Source: the human T2T-CHM13v2.0 reference genome, Homo sapiens | Assembly: GCF_009914755.1 (NCBI RefSeq) | Contig: NC_060927.1 | Reading direction: 5' to 3' (one strand) | DNA length: 64,000 nucleotides | Shown here: positions 1 through 17,747 of the stretch, one piece after another | Numbering within the stretch: position 1 is the first letter of the stretch | Layout: the number at the start of each line of letters is the position of its first letter | Translations under genes and position numbers: made by a program | The notes under the pieces: model-generated | Seen by the model: only the letters and a program-made list of their open reading frames with translations | Databases searched by the model: none | Told to the model about the DNA's origin: nothing

Positions 1-573
1 CAAAGCCCCTATCCACTGGGCTTATTATTAATGTCACTTCTTATAAAGGAGGAATCTGAGGTGGACAGAGCCTAGGTTCTGAGCATTCCTTAGTGAGGAA
101 AGGGAACCAGAGCTGCATGATGGGCAGGGGGCTGGCGAGATGCGTCAGGATTCACATGGCAGGACCTGGAGTTTGGCAGGGACTTTGAGGTGCAAAAGAG
201 AAGACCCCTGTTGGGAGCACACATCCCAGGGCGGCCTGCATGTAAACTGCTGGGAAAAGGGCTGCGGGGGAGGCTTAGATAAAACAGACGCGGATGCTAC
301 CCTCTGCAGTCTGCAGATCAGCAGGTGATCAGGTAGACCTCTCACCCAAAGCAGAACATGGCAAGCTCCTGAAGGAGAATTTGTTGATACTGTTAACTTA
401 GCATGTCAGAAAAATGTCCCAGTGTCAGAATTGAATTCCTATACCTGCTAGGTCAGTTTTAAGCTAAAATGATCTTGCAAAACCTGTTGACCCATTGATA
501 CCCTGTACCCTAAGTAGGCAGTTGGTATTATTTCTTAACTTTGGTTCGTCTATGTCCATCTCTCTGTCTCTGA

Positions 574-574
<1 letters not shown>

Positions 575-622
<48 letters not shown>
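575..622. repeat. (AC)24 microsatellite
   Basis: Pure AC dinucleotide run read directly. Confidence 0.97.
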
Positions 623-624
<2 letters not shown>

Positions 625-1161
625 CCTCCCAGAGTCCGAGCATTCTAGAGTTTCCTAACAGTGCAGTTGTCCTGTCTGAAATGTTTACATTGGGGAAAAA
701 ATGAACCCCTGCTGTGATTTTATTTCCCCACAGGCTCTAGGGGTCTTTTCATAGCCGCAAGGCATCATCACAGCTTCCCAAGGACTAGGGTGTTTATGTG
801 TGCACAGAAACCACACTGCAAAGGGTCAGGTCCTCTCCTTTGTACCCTAAGGTGTAGAGAAAGCTGGACCTCAAAACTGATGTCACCTGTAAGAACAGTT
901 TTTGCTTTGGTTCTGGCTTTTTCTTTTCCTTCTTCCTTGAGAGGGCTTACTATGTTGCTGTTAGTTTTCTCCCAGCATTCATTCACTCTAGCAAAATCTG
1001 GCTACATATCAGTTTGTAGAAAATGGGCACAATTCTAGGAATAGCTGTCCTAATGTGTTAGCTCAATGCCGTGGATGCGTCAACAATGGCTGGTAGCTGC
1101 CACCAGTTGACCTGAACTTTATGTGGTTTTTCTTTTTTTTTTTTTTTTGGTTTTTCCTTAG

Positions 1162-1263
1162 ATGAGAACTACTGTTTGCTAGAGCTGAGATAAAACCATT
1201 TCAATTAGAACCTTGTATCAGAATATAATTACTCCTCCCAGAGATAGAGTCCTGGCCTGAAAA
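1162..1263 (+). ncRNA. Candidate non-coding (lncRNA/UTR) exon, 102 nt
   Basis: Long poly-T tract ending TTCCTTAG| at 1161; donor AAA|GTGAGT at 1263/1264; stop codons in all three frames. No transcript evidence available. Confidence 0.4.
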
Positions 1264-1639
1264 GTGAGTACAAAAAATAAATAGGGACAAATAGAAGGAG
1301 AATGATTACTGGTACAAGGTAGATGGAATGGTAACTCACTTTATTCTCAATGATGTTATACAAATCAAATAAAACTCTATTCCCATTTATTTTATTTTAG
1401 CCGAGTATTCTTGTCCAAAATGAAAATCAGATGTTTTTCTTCTTTTTCATTTTTTTCCAAAGCAAATGGTTACAAACACTTACTTAATATAATTTACTGG
1501 AGCTTTTTTCTGAAAGAACATTTATGTTAACTTTCTTTTATGCATGTAGTAACTTTTGATCAAAACATGACTCCACTCCCTTGTTTAATGTTGAGCATCT
1601 GGATTAAAGGCTTCTTTTAATCTTAAATACAGATTATGG

Positions 1640-2260
1640 CCCTCTTTCCCTTTAAGCAAACTGCCATAAAACCCTGGCACCTTTCCAGTTTTCCTTATTA
1701 AAGCCCTCTTTATTACAGTGTTTTCCGATGGCAGTCATTAAATGATTGTTATGCACAATGGGCACTTGATTATAATTATTTAACTGGCAATCAGTTATTG
1801 CAGCAATTTGGTGGTGTAATTAAAAGGGAGCATGTTTGTACCTGCCAGCATCTTTGAGATCTTCGGCTCTGGATGAAGCAGGAGAGGCAGAACATAAACA
1901 AATGGACGGAAGAATCAAGCACTTCTGTGAATGGAATCTTTTATTCCTCGCCCATCTGATTCTTGGCTGCTTTGTTCCATAAGGTAGATGAACAACGATG
2001 ATAAAATAAAATGTAAATAAGAATTTTTGTGCTACAAACTCCTGAATCGATAAATACGTTCAGTAATGAATGTAAGTTTCTCCATGTGCTGTGAAATGCT
2101 AAATGGATAGAAGTGTATTTATATAATTCTATTTCTTTTAAACACAAGCATCAGCATGTTTTCTCCCTCTAATTTATAAATGTCAGCACTTATTTCTTGA
2201 TATATAAATTGATACAGGATGCCACAAACAAAAAGTTGCCGCAAAAGATAAGGGCGTTTG
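1640..2260. promoter_or_regulatory. Candidate conserved developmental enhancer
   Basis: No recognisable repeat; dense SOX (ATTGT 1745-1749, ACAAT 1755-1759), NKX (CACTTGA 1763-1769) and homeodomain (TAATTA 1773-1778, 1817-1822) cores. Conservation is inferred, not measured. Confidence 0.4.
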
Positions 2261-2340
2261 TTAGACACAGCTGGAAAGCTTTTTAGTCACTATAGAAGTT
2301 AGCAGGAATGTGATTCCAAAGTTAAGATGGCCCTCCTGAG

Positions 2341-2860
2341 TTATTCAGAACTCTTTCAGTTGTAAGTTGCAAATTTTAACCAACCTGAACAAGGGGGAAT
2401 TTTTTTGCTTATGTAGTTGGAATGTTACTGGAACTACTCATAGGATTACAGGAAGAACTGCAGGAACCAGGACTCAGGGCTAGGAACTGGGAATCAGTAC
2501 AGCCTAGACGCATTCTCTGTCCATGTCTCAGCTGAGCTTGCCTGTGTTTGGCTTCATTCTGAGAGTAGTCTTACAGCTTATTTCTCCCTGTGGCAGGAAA
2601 CAGGCCTGATATCAGTAGCCCCAGACTCCCATCTTCTTAGCTTAACTCCAGTGGAAAGCAGTCTCTATCTTCTACCTTTCATAAGTCAGTCTCGGGAAAG
2701 GATTCTGATTGCCCCTACTTGGCTCATATACCCATCCCTGGACTAATTCCTGTTGCCGAGTAAATAGCACAGTATGATTATCCTGCCTGGATCCCATGTA
2801 ATACCTGTGGGTAGGGCAAGGAAGTTGGAGTCCTGTGACCGACAGTCTTGTTAGAGACAT
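2341..2860 (-). mobile_element. Old MaLR LTR (MLT1J/K/L-like), degraded
   Basis: Resembles recalled MLT1 motifs (cagaactctttcagttgtaag at the start; tctgattgcccctacttggctcatatacccatccctggac near the end). Confidence 0.55.
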
Positions 2861-3704
2861 TATTAGTATGACCCCATCGGTGGTAGCTAATGACTGAGAA
2901 AAACATGGTGATTATTTTCAAAAATGAGTATGAAAATCTAAAGTATCCAAACTTAAAAAAAATTATTTAAATGTTTTCCCAGAATGAATCTCTATCTCTC
3001 TTTTAGAAACATCCCATTTTGTAAGACCAAGGTATGAAAGTATTCATCTGAGTTTCAAATGATTGCCTAATCTTACCTGTAATCATTATTGAGAACCAAA
3101 CACCCATTAATGGTGTGGTCTAAGGACAAGGTCCTGAAGAGATGAGACTGGCGCATATTAAAGATGCCTGCTATGATGATGTGGCTGTCATGGCTACATT
3201 ATCATGAGGGATTTGGAATCTGGGGTTCCAGAGAGCACGTTTTTAGCCACTATCTCTGACTATTAAATCACTTACAACAGCTTTGGATAATAAAATTCTC
3301 TGTTTCTCTCTTGGTTTGGTTCCATATTAGAATCTGCAAGTGCAAAGGCAAAACAGTCAGCAAAACAGCAGACTTAAATAGAAAAAAGCCCCAAAAGGAA
3401 AGGAAAACAATTGAAAATTTAAAAGAAAAACACCCCCACCCCCAAACATGATCTAATCAGTCTTCCTTATGGAGAAGTTATGAATCATCCTACTTAGCAA
3501 ATAAGACAATTGAATGTGCAAGCCCAAACTTGAATTAAAGTTATTCTCAACTTCCTGTTTCTCTTATTAACATGCATTTATTATTTAATAAGTATTTATG
3601 TATATAATTGAGATATTTAAGCTCTGGGTAACTTAAGTGGCTGTAGAGTACTACCTGAACACACAAGGAGAAATAAACTTTGAATATGTGCCTGTATATT
3701 TACA

Positions 3705-3711
3705 ACACACA

Positions 3712-3767
<56 letters not shown>
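3705..3767. repeat. (CA)n microsatellite
   Basis: About 31 CA units with one interruption. Confidence 0.95.
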
Positions 3768-3769
<2 letters not shown>

Positions 3770-4589
3770 TTTTTACTTTGTGGATACTGGCCACCACTTG
3801 AAGAGTTTCTTGGGAATCTAATCTTCTCAATGGCAGGCTCCAGCATTGCCTTTGCCAGTAGTTTAGTTCATATGGACTTGATGCCAATTTTCTTTTCACA
3901 TATATGAAATAACAGTTTGGCACATAGTAAATAAAACAGTGATTCCACAGAGAAGACTGGCACCTTTCAAAAAGTGAATTGGGCAGGTTCAGAGCTAATT
4001 TTTTCTTTAGGTGAACTGAGTTTAAATTAAATGTTGCAAGAGATTACCATATTTGTGTGAATTTCAAGAAGTCAAAGGCCGTGGCAATAAAGTATTTTCA
4101 TTTTATAGAGTTTTTCTTGGAAAGGCCACACACCATATGACAGCAGAGTGCTTAAAACCCAGAGCCTGGTGCCAGCACAAAATCCAAACATCGTAAAGTT
4201 ACTTCCAAAGCCCAGATATTGACCGATCCCCTCTCTTGGAGCAGTGCATCTTTCAACTAGTCCAAGTCCACCAGCCCAGAATCACCCTCCCAGCCTCAGA
4301 TTTCAAGTTGGAAGCCCAAAGTAAGGCATGTTTTCTAAAAAGGAAAGGAAAAGCTATTGGATAGCAATTGTCAAGAGTCAAAAAATAAATAAATAAAAAT
4401 AAGAATAAAATAAAATCATCCCCAATGGAGGAGCTTTAGCAAAAGAAAAGGGAGACATGCCATTGGTCACTGCTGCATGTATGCATTGTCCCTCGGTTGG
4501 TTTTTAATAAACCCAGCTAACCTCCCTCCACCAAATTGCCTGTATCTCTCCTTCTCCACTTAGGGCTGTGTACCATTACTAGAATATGA

Positions 4590-4957
<368 letters not shown>

Positions 4958-4978
4958 TGGAATCAATTTTTAAAACCT

Positions 4979-5315
4979 GTCTGGGTGTGGGTGGCTTATG
5001 CCTGTAATGCCAGCACTTTGGGAGGCTGAGGTGGGAAGATCGCTTGAGGCCAGAAGGAGTTCAAGACCAGCTGGGCAACATAGCAAGACCCTGTCTCTAC
5101 AAAAACATTTAAGATTGGCTGGGCGTGGTTGTGCATGCCTATAGTCCCAGGTATTTGGGAGGCTGAGGTGGGAGGATTGCTTGAGAGCATTATTGGGAGG
5201 GGGTGCGATGGTTTGCGGCAGGGGGCCGAGGCTGTAGTGAGCCATGATCACATGACTGCCCTCCAGCCTGGGCAACAAAGTATGAGACCCTGTTTCAAGA
5301 AACAGACAAAAAAAC
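4979..5315 (+). mobile_element. AluJ with a ~33-bp foreign insert in the right arm
   Basis: AluJ diagnostics (gggaagatcgcttgaggcc, ctgggcaacatagcaagacc); non-Alu sequence at 5186-5218. Confidence 0.88.
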
Positions 5316-5902
5316 CTTACAATCTGTGCTCACTGGTTTCCTCGACTTCACCTAAAGGGTATCTGGGAAGGTTCTGCCTCCCCTCTGGGCTGGGAATGTA
5401 TGCAGAAGACTTCTTTGAAAGCTTTGCTCACAAGGACTTGAAACCCAGGCTTCTCAGTGAATTTCCATAACAATTCACTGGCAAGTCACACAAATCTGTC
5501 AAGGAAGGCTTTCCTGGGAGAGCGAGGAGGGCCTATCCACTGGGTGACAGCTCGGCAAGTAGCCTCCAGTCCTGGCCGGCTGGGCCTCTCTTCTTCCCAG
5601 TCCAGCATTAGACTTCACTACCACCTGCTAATACATCTGAGGAGAGCAAGAGGTCCTGGTCACAGCAGATGATCAGAGTTGGTGCCAGGAGTGTAAACAA
5701 GTCATAAATTACTCTTAATTCTTCTAGGCAAGGGATACTATTAGTCTTCAGTTGTGGAAAAAATGTACTCCCTTTAATGTCTTATTTATGTAATAGTTGA
5801 TCCTCTTGTATGACTATAAATTTGTTTTCTTCGGCAAGCATTTCCCAAGCATGTGCTTTGTGCAGAGCACTGTGTAAGCACCTACTGTTGAGAACAAATA
5901 TA

Positions 5903-6076
5903 GGAGTTAGGGTTTAACCGGTACAAGGTTTCAGCTGGGGGCAGATAAGAAGTTCTGAGATGGATGGTGGTGACGGTTGCACAACAGTGTGAATGCACTT
6001 AACGCTACTGAACTGTGCAGTTAAAAATGGTTATAATTGTAGGTTTTGTTAGATATATTTTACGATGATAAAAAAA
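5903..6076 (+). mobile_element. Old L1 (L1MB-like) 3' end
   Basis: gatggatggtggtgacggttgcacaacagtgtgaatgcacttaacgctactgaactgtg motif followed by an A-rich end. Confidence 0.75.
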
Positions 6077-6477
6077 TTTAGGGTTCTTACACTTTTTTAA
6101 AGTCAAGGTGAACTATGTATTTGCTGTAAGTTTTAAGTTTCACATATTTCCCCTAGCAAAATGTAAGTGTATGTGACTTACCACAAAGACCTAGAATTTC
6201 ACATTTCTTATATTTTACGTGCAGGTGCTGAGGTCATTATTTCTCAGATTTGTCCTGTTATGAGAATATTACCTAAGATCTTATCTAAGTTAACAAATTA
6301 TTATCCTTTGCATCAGAAATAAGAGCAGGATCTCCTCTAATGAATTGTATAACCTTTCCTGGGTTGGGCCTTGGACTTAATGTCAGCACCACCACAGTGC
6401 CAAGAATGACGAGAGCTTTGTTGAGCTTGGAGCACAGGGCTTCAGCTCCTATCTTGAGACTTGGTGAAGTGGATAAA

Positions 6478-6690
6478 GCCCTGAGCTTTAGGCTCTGGTT
6501 CCTGCCTCTGCCTTTGAGTAGGGGTGTGGCTGTGCACCAGTCATTTAATCTTTGTGGACCGCAGTTTATTTATCTGTAAGATGGGAGTGAAGGCCAAAGG
6601 CCTTTGGCCTGGCAAGAGTTGTCAGGCCCAAACACGGGAATGTTTGTGAGAGCACTTAGTGCTATGCTGGGGACCTAGCAGGTGGTAAGT
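6478..6690 (+). mobile_element. MIR
   Basis: MIR core-like gtcatttaatctttgtggaccgcagtttatttatctgtaagatggg and 3' agcacttagtgct. Confidence 0.65.
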
Positions 6691-7520
6691 CAGTGTCATG
6701 CCCCTTGCCCTTGAGGCTCCTCCTGTGACAAAGGGCTGTAATGAAATGGGGCTTCAAGGAGCCCTTAATTCTCCACGTGTGGGAGCTCATGAGCGGTCCT
6801 AAGAATCCTCTTCTCTCTCTCCTGATGCCCCGGTTCCTTCTCTCATCACTGCTTTCTGTGCTCCGCTCTGTCCCGCTTCCTTCCAACTGGAAAGTTCATG
6901 AGAGAAGTATATTGATGTTCTGCGAGAAGGGGAATGGCTCTCCCTGAGCCCTTGGCTGGGCGCCACAGCAGCTGTGGAAACACAACAGCGCTCAGCATCT
7001 CCTGGTGTTTGGGCTCCGAGCTCTTTCAAGAAACACCCCATGTCCTCACCATCTTACTCTTCAGACCCACCACCTTTCCCTTAGGTTGGAATCTCTTCCC
7101 TTGGCTTCTTCTGACCTCTTGTCCCTCAGTCTGTAGCCAGCAGCAAAGAAAGATGCTTATTACTACCGTATCTTTTTGGTGGGTACTTTGGCCTGCTGAC
7201 TCCTTCAGTAGAATGGAAAGTTGTATCTGGGGGCTGTCACCCTTCCCTTCCTCCTTGTAGGTCCCCCTGCTCCACCTGGGTCTAGGGTACAGTTGGGCCT
7301 TACTGAGAGCTAGAATTCCATTTGTTGAAAGACTAGAGTACTTTGATAGGTGGTGTAATTGATCAGCCTCCCCGAATTTATAGTATCCTTGTATATCTTA
7401 TAAACATCTGAGTGATAGAGAGCTGACCTCTTCCATACTAGCACCATGATTTATAGGGGATATCTAGTGCCAGGCTACTAATCCAGTGCTTTTCAACCCT
7501 TTTATTATCATTTTTGTACC

Positions 7521-7730
7521 TTTTTTTTTTTGAGGTTTATATCATTTGTATACAATTAAGTGCATATATCTTAAGTATACATCTCACTGAATTTTTGTTA
7601 TCTATATACCTATGTAAATACCACCCAGATTGGGAGATAGAACATTTCCAGGACTTGAGAAGCCCCCCCTTGAGCCCCTTACAGTCAGTACCCCTAATGA
7701 TAACTACAATTCTGACCTCTATCACCCTAG
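7521..7730 (-). mobile_element. Old L1M 3' fragment
   Basis: Poly-T then aagtgcatatatcttaagtataca ... agatagaacatttcca, typical of L1MB/ME 3' ends. Confidence 0.65.
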
Positions 7731-8838
7731 TTACTTGGGATTCTCAACGTTTTTCCACCTATACCCACCTCTAAGTCCCACCTCTCCTATTTAATATGTA
7801 AGAATGCAAAATTATCAGCTATTGTGGCAAAAAGAAACCAAAGTAGTGGTAAATTTAGAAATCCCTTTTCTGCTCTCCTTGCCCCTCACATTTTAATAAG
7901 GATTCTCCCCGTCCCCCTGCCCCTAACCCAGGTCATGGAGAGGTAAAGTGATATCCCCATCCTCTCTGGTCAGTCTTGGCATCACAGAAGCTTGACGAGA
8001 AGAGAAACAGACACCAGGGCAGCTTCATCCTATTTTCCAGCTGCCCAAAATCACCATATAGTCTTTCTAAGAAGAATCAGACTGTGGTTCTTAGAATTGT
8101 CAGATATCCACTGAGCTCCCAACACGCACAGATCTTGCTTTCCTTTTTCTGTCAAAGTAGGATTATCTTTCCCTTGATTATGTTTGAGTTTTCTTGGGGG
8201 TAGGGAATACATTTGAAGAGGAGTAACCACTGCACTCCCCTTCCGATGTGCGAATGTCAAGCATGTTGAATTGTCAGTGGCAAGGAATGTGATGAGCAGG
8301 TTATTTTACAGGAGGTACACAGAAAGCCCCCATTTTGGCTTCTTCTGCCATATTCAAATCCTTGTATATAGAAGTGGAGCTTAATCTGTTTATCCTAGAG
8401 TAAAAATATCTACAAGACACTATTATTATATTGACACTGGAGCCAAATAGGAAATCGGAGGACTCACAGATGTTATCTGCTTTAATGCAGTGGGTTTTGT
8501 ACACAATGACCCTGCAGCCAATCAGGATGGACTCTACGGTAGAATTTAAAGAACATCTTATTGGCACAATGTTTATTCCTTGGGCTTCGTAGGCTACATT
8601 GTGTTCCCAGCATTCTGAGGGCAAGAAAGATGGAGAGAGAGAAAATGAACCTAGCAAGAAAGTATTGGGATAAATTCCATCATTACCCTAAAAATATAAT
8701 TATAGCACTCTTTGATATAGGGTAGAATTTGGTATAATTTGACAATTACTTATGGGCATGTATTATATGGGTAGTATTGCACAAAGGATAGTTTGCAGCC
8801 TAAGAGGAAGGTGATAGGCCAAAACGGTTAAGTCTTCA

Positions 8839-9166
8839 GGCTGGGCACAGTGGCTCACACCTGTAATCCCAGCAATTTGGGAGGCCGAGGCAGGTGAATC
8901 ACTGGAGGCCAGGAATTCGAGACCAGCCTGGCCAATACAGTAGAACCCCGTGTCTACCAAAAACACAAAAATCAGCCAGGTATGGTGGCGTGCACCTGTA
9001 ATCCCAGCTCCTCAGGAGGCTGAGGCAGGAGAATTACTTGAACCCAGGAGGCGGAGGCTGCAGTGAGCCAAAATCATGCCACTGTACTCTAGCCCGGATG
9101 ACAGGAGACTCCGTCTCAAAAAATGAAAAAACAAACAAACAAAAAAACCACAAAAACGACAAACCC
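8839..9166 (+). mobile_element. AluS
   Basis: Full dimer; TSD aaaa(c/g)ggttaagtcttca at 8821-8838 and 9167-9184. Confidence 0.93.
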
Positions 9167-9841
9167 AAAAGGGTTAAGTCTTCAAAGCTGTCTTTTTCAG
9201 CATTTTAATCCATAATTTAGGACAAAATTGGCACATCTAGCAGATTCTTGGTGATCCAGGATATTTTCTTTTTCTTTTATTTTATTATTATTATACTTTA
9301 AGTTTTAGGGTACATGTGCACAATGTGCAGGTTAGTTACATATGTATACATGTGCCATGCTGGTGTGCTGCACCCATTAACTCATCATTCAGCATTAGGT
9401 ATATCTCCTAAAGCTATCCCTCCCCTGACCCCACGACAGTCCCCAGAGTGTGATGTTCCCCTTCCTGTGTCCATGTGTTGTCATTGTTCAATTCCCACCT
9501 ATGAGTGAGAATATGCAGTGTTTGGTTTTTTGTTCTTGAGATAGTTTACTGAGAATGATGATTTCCAATTTCATCCATGTCCCTACAAAGGACATGAACT
9601 CATCATTTTTTATGGCTGCATAGTATTCCATGGTGTATATGTGCCACATTTTCTTAATCCAGTCTATCGTTGTTGGACAGTTGGGTTGGTTCCAAGTCTT
9701 TGCTGTTGTGAATAGTGCCGCAATAAACATACGTGTGCATGTGTCTTTATAGCAGCATGATTTATAGTCCTTTGGGTATATACCCAGTAATGGGATGGCT
9801 GGGTCAAATGGTATTTCTAGTTCTAGGTCCCTGAGGAATCA

Positions 9842-10492
<651 letters not shown>

Positions 10493-10495
10493 TCA

Positions 10496-10777
<282 letters not shown>

Positions 10778-10780
10778 TTA

Positions 10781-11564
<784 letters not shown>

Positions 11565-12075
11565 TTAATTTATTTTTTTATTGATAATTCTTGGGTGTTT
11601 CTCACAGAGGGGGATTTGGCAGGGTCATGGGACAATAGTGGAGGGAAGGTCAGCAGATAAACAAGTGAACAAAGGTCTTTGGTTTTCCTAGGCAGAGGAC
11701 CCTGCGGCCTTCCGCAGTGTTTGTGTCCCTGATTACTTGAGATGAGGGATTGGTGATGACTCTTAACGAGCATGCTGCCTTCAAGCATCTGTTTAACAAA
11801 GCACATCTTGCACCGCCCTTAATCCATTTAACCCTGAGTGGGCATAGCACATGTTTCAGAGAGCACAGGGTTGGGGGTAAGGTCACAGATCAACAGGATC
11901 CCAAGGCAGAGGAATTTTTCTTAGTGCAGAACAAAATGAAAAGTCTCCCATGTCTACTTCTTTCTACACAGACACGGCAACCATCCGATTTCTCAATCTT
12001 TTCCCCACCTTTCCCGCCTTTCTATTCCACAAAGCCGCCATTGTCATCCTGGCCCGTTCTCAATGAGCTGTTGGG

Positions 12076-14594
<2,519 letters not shown>

Positions 14595-14674
14595 TTATTG
14601 CGTCTATTTGATTCTTCTCTCTTTTCTTCTTTATTAGTCTTGCTAGCGGTCTATCAATTTTATTGATCCTTTCA

Positions 14675-15517
<843 letters not shown>

Positions 15518-15832
15518 TTAAAGTCTTCTATCAGAGACTAGGATTGCAACCCCTGCCTTTTTTTGTTTTCCATTTGCTTGGTAGATCTTCCTCCGTGCTT
15601 TTATTTTGAGCCTATGTGTGTCTCTGCACGTGACATGGGTTTCCTGAATACAGCACACTGATGAGTCTTGACTCTTTATCCAGTTTGCCAGTCTGTGTCT
15701 TTTAATTGGAGCATTTAGTCCATTTATATTTAAAGTTAATATTGTTATGTGTGAATTTGATCGTGTCATTATGATGTTAGCTGGTGATTTTGCTCGTTAG
15801 TTGATGCAGTTTCTTCCTAGCCTCCATGGTCT

Positions 15833-16849
15833 TTACAATTTGGCATGATTTTGCAGTGGCTGGTACCGGTTGTTCCTTTCCATGTTTAGTGGTTCCTTCA
15901 GGAGCTCTTTTAGGGCAGGCCTGGTGGTGACAAAATCTCTCAGCATTTGCTTGTCTGTAAAGTATTTTATTTCTCCTTCACTTATGAAGCTTAGTTTGCC
16001 TGGATATGAAATTCTGGGTTGAAAATTCTTTTCTTTAAGAATGTTGAATATTGGCCCCCACTCTCTTCTGGCTTGTAGAGTTTCTGCTGAGACATCAGCT
16101 GTTAGCCTGATGGGCTTCCCTTTGTGGGTAACCCGACCTTTCTCTCTGGCTGCCCTTAACATTTTTTCCTTCATTTCAACTTTGGTGAATCTGACAATTA
16201 TGTGTCTTGGAGTTGCTCTTCTTGAGGAGTATCTTTGTGGTGTTCTCTGTATTTCCTGAATCTGAATGTTGGCCTACCTTGCTAGATTGGGGAATTTCTC
16301 CTGAATAATATCCTGCAGAGTGTTTTCCAGCTTGGTTCCATTTTCCCTGTCACTTTCAGGTACAGCAATCAAACGTAGATTTGGTCTTTTCACATAGTCC
16401 CATATTTCTTGGAGGCTTTGTTCGTTTCTTTTTATTCTTTTTTCTCTAAACTTCCCTTCTTGCTTCATTTCATTCATTTCATCTTCCATCACTGATACCC
16501 TTTCTTCCACTTGATTGCATTGGCTGCTGAGGCTTCTGCATTCTTCACGTAGTTCTCAAGCCTTGGCTTTCAGCTCCATCAGCTCCTTTAAGCACTTCTC
16601 TGTATTGGTTATTCTAGTTATACATTCGTCTAAATTTTTTTCAAAGTTTTCAACTTCTTTGCCTTTGGTTTGAATTTCCTCCTGTAGCTCAGAGTAGTTT
16701 GATCATCAGAAGCCTTCTTCTCTCAACTCGTCAAAGTCATTCTCCGTCCAGCTTTGTTCCATTGCTGGTGAGGAGCTGCGTTCCTTTGGAGGAGGAGAGG
16801 CGCTCTGCTTTTTAGAGTTTCCAGTTTTTCTGCTCTGTTTTTTCCCCGT
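15833..16849 (-). pseudogene. L1 ORF1, disrupted
   Basis: Start codon mutated to ACG (16847-16849); in-frame TAG at 16274-16276; C-terminal ERNNRYQPLQNHAKL. Confidence 0.92.
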
Positions 16850-17294
16850 CTTTGTGGTTTTATCTACTTTTGGTCTTTGATGTTGGTGATGTACAGTTGG
16901 GTTTTTGGTGTGGATGTCCTTTCTGTTTGTTAGTTTTCCTTCTAACAGACAGGACCCTCAGCTGCAGGTCTGTTGGAGTTTGCTAGAGGTCCAGTCCAGA
17001 CCCTGTTTGCCTGGGTACTAGCAGCGGTGTCTGCAGAATAGCGAATTTTTGTGAACCGTGAATGCTGCTGTCTGATCGTTCCTCTGGAAGTTTTGTCTCA
17101 GAGGAGTACCCGGCCGTGTGAGGTATCAGGACAGGGACATTTAAGTTTGCAGAGGTTACTGCTGTCTTTTTGTTTGTCTGTGCCCTGCCCCCAGAGGTGG
17201 AGCCTACAGAGGCAGGTAGGCCTCCTTGAGCTGTGGTGGGCTACACCAAGTTTGAGCTTCCCGGCTGCTTTGTTTACCTAAGCAAGCCTTGGCA

Positions 17295-17435
17295 ATGGTG
17301 GGCGCCCCTCCCCCAGCCTCGCTGCCACCTTGCAGTTTGATCTCAGACTGCTGTGCTAGCAATCAGCGAGACTCCGTGGTCATAGGACCCTCCGAGCCAG
17401 GTGTGGGATACAATCTCCTGGTGCGCCGTTTTTAA
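17295..17435 (+). pseudogene. L1 antisense ORF0, truncated to 46 codons
   Basis: MVGAPPPASLPPCSLISDCCASNQRDSV...RRF then TAA at 17433; first splice donor CAG|GTGTGG intact at 17400/17401. Confidence 0.8.
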
Positions 17436-17747
17436 AGCCCATCGGAAAGGCGCAGTATTAGGGTGGGAGTGACCCGATTTTCCAGTTGCCGTCTGTCACC
17501 CCTTTCTTTGACTAGGCAAGGGAACTCCCTGACCCCTTGCACTTCCCGAGTGAGGCAATGCCTCGCCCTGCTTCGGCTCGCACACGGTGCTCTGCATACA
17601 CTGTCCTGCGCCCACTGTCTGGCACTCCCTAGTGAGATGAACCCAGTACCTCAGATGGAAATGCAGAAATCACCCGTCTTCTGTGTCACTCACGCTGGGA
17701 GCTGTAGACCAGAGCTGTTCCTATTCAGCCATCTTGGCTCCAGCCCC

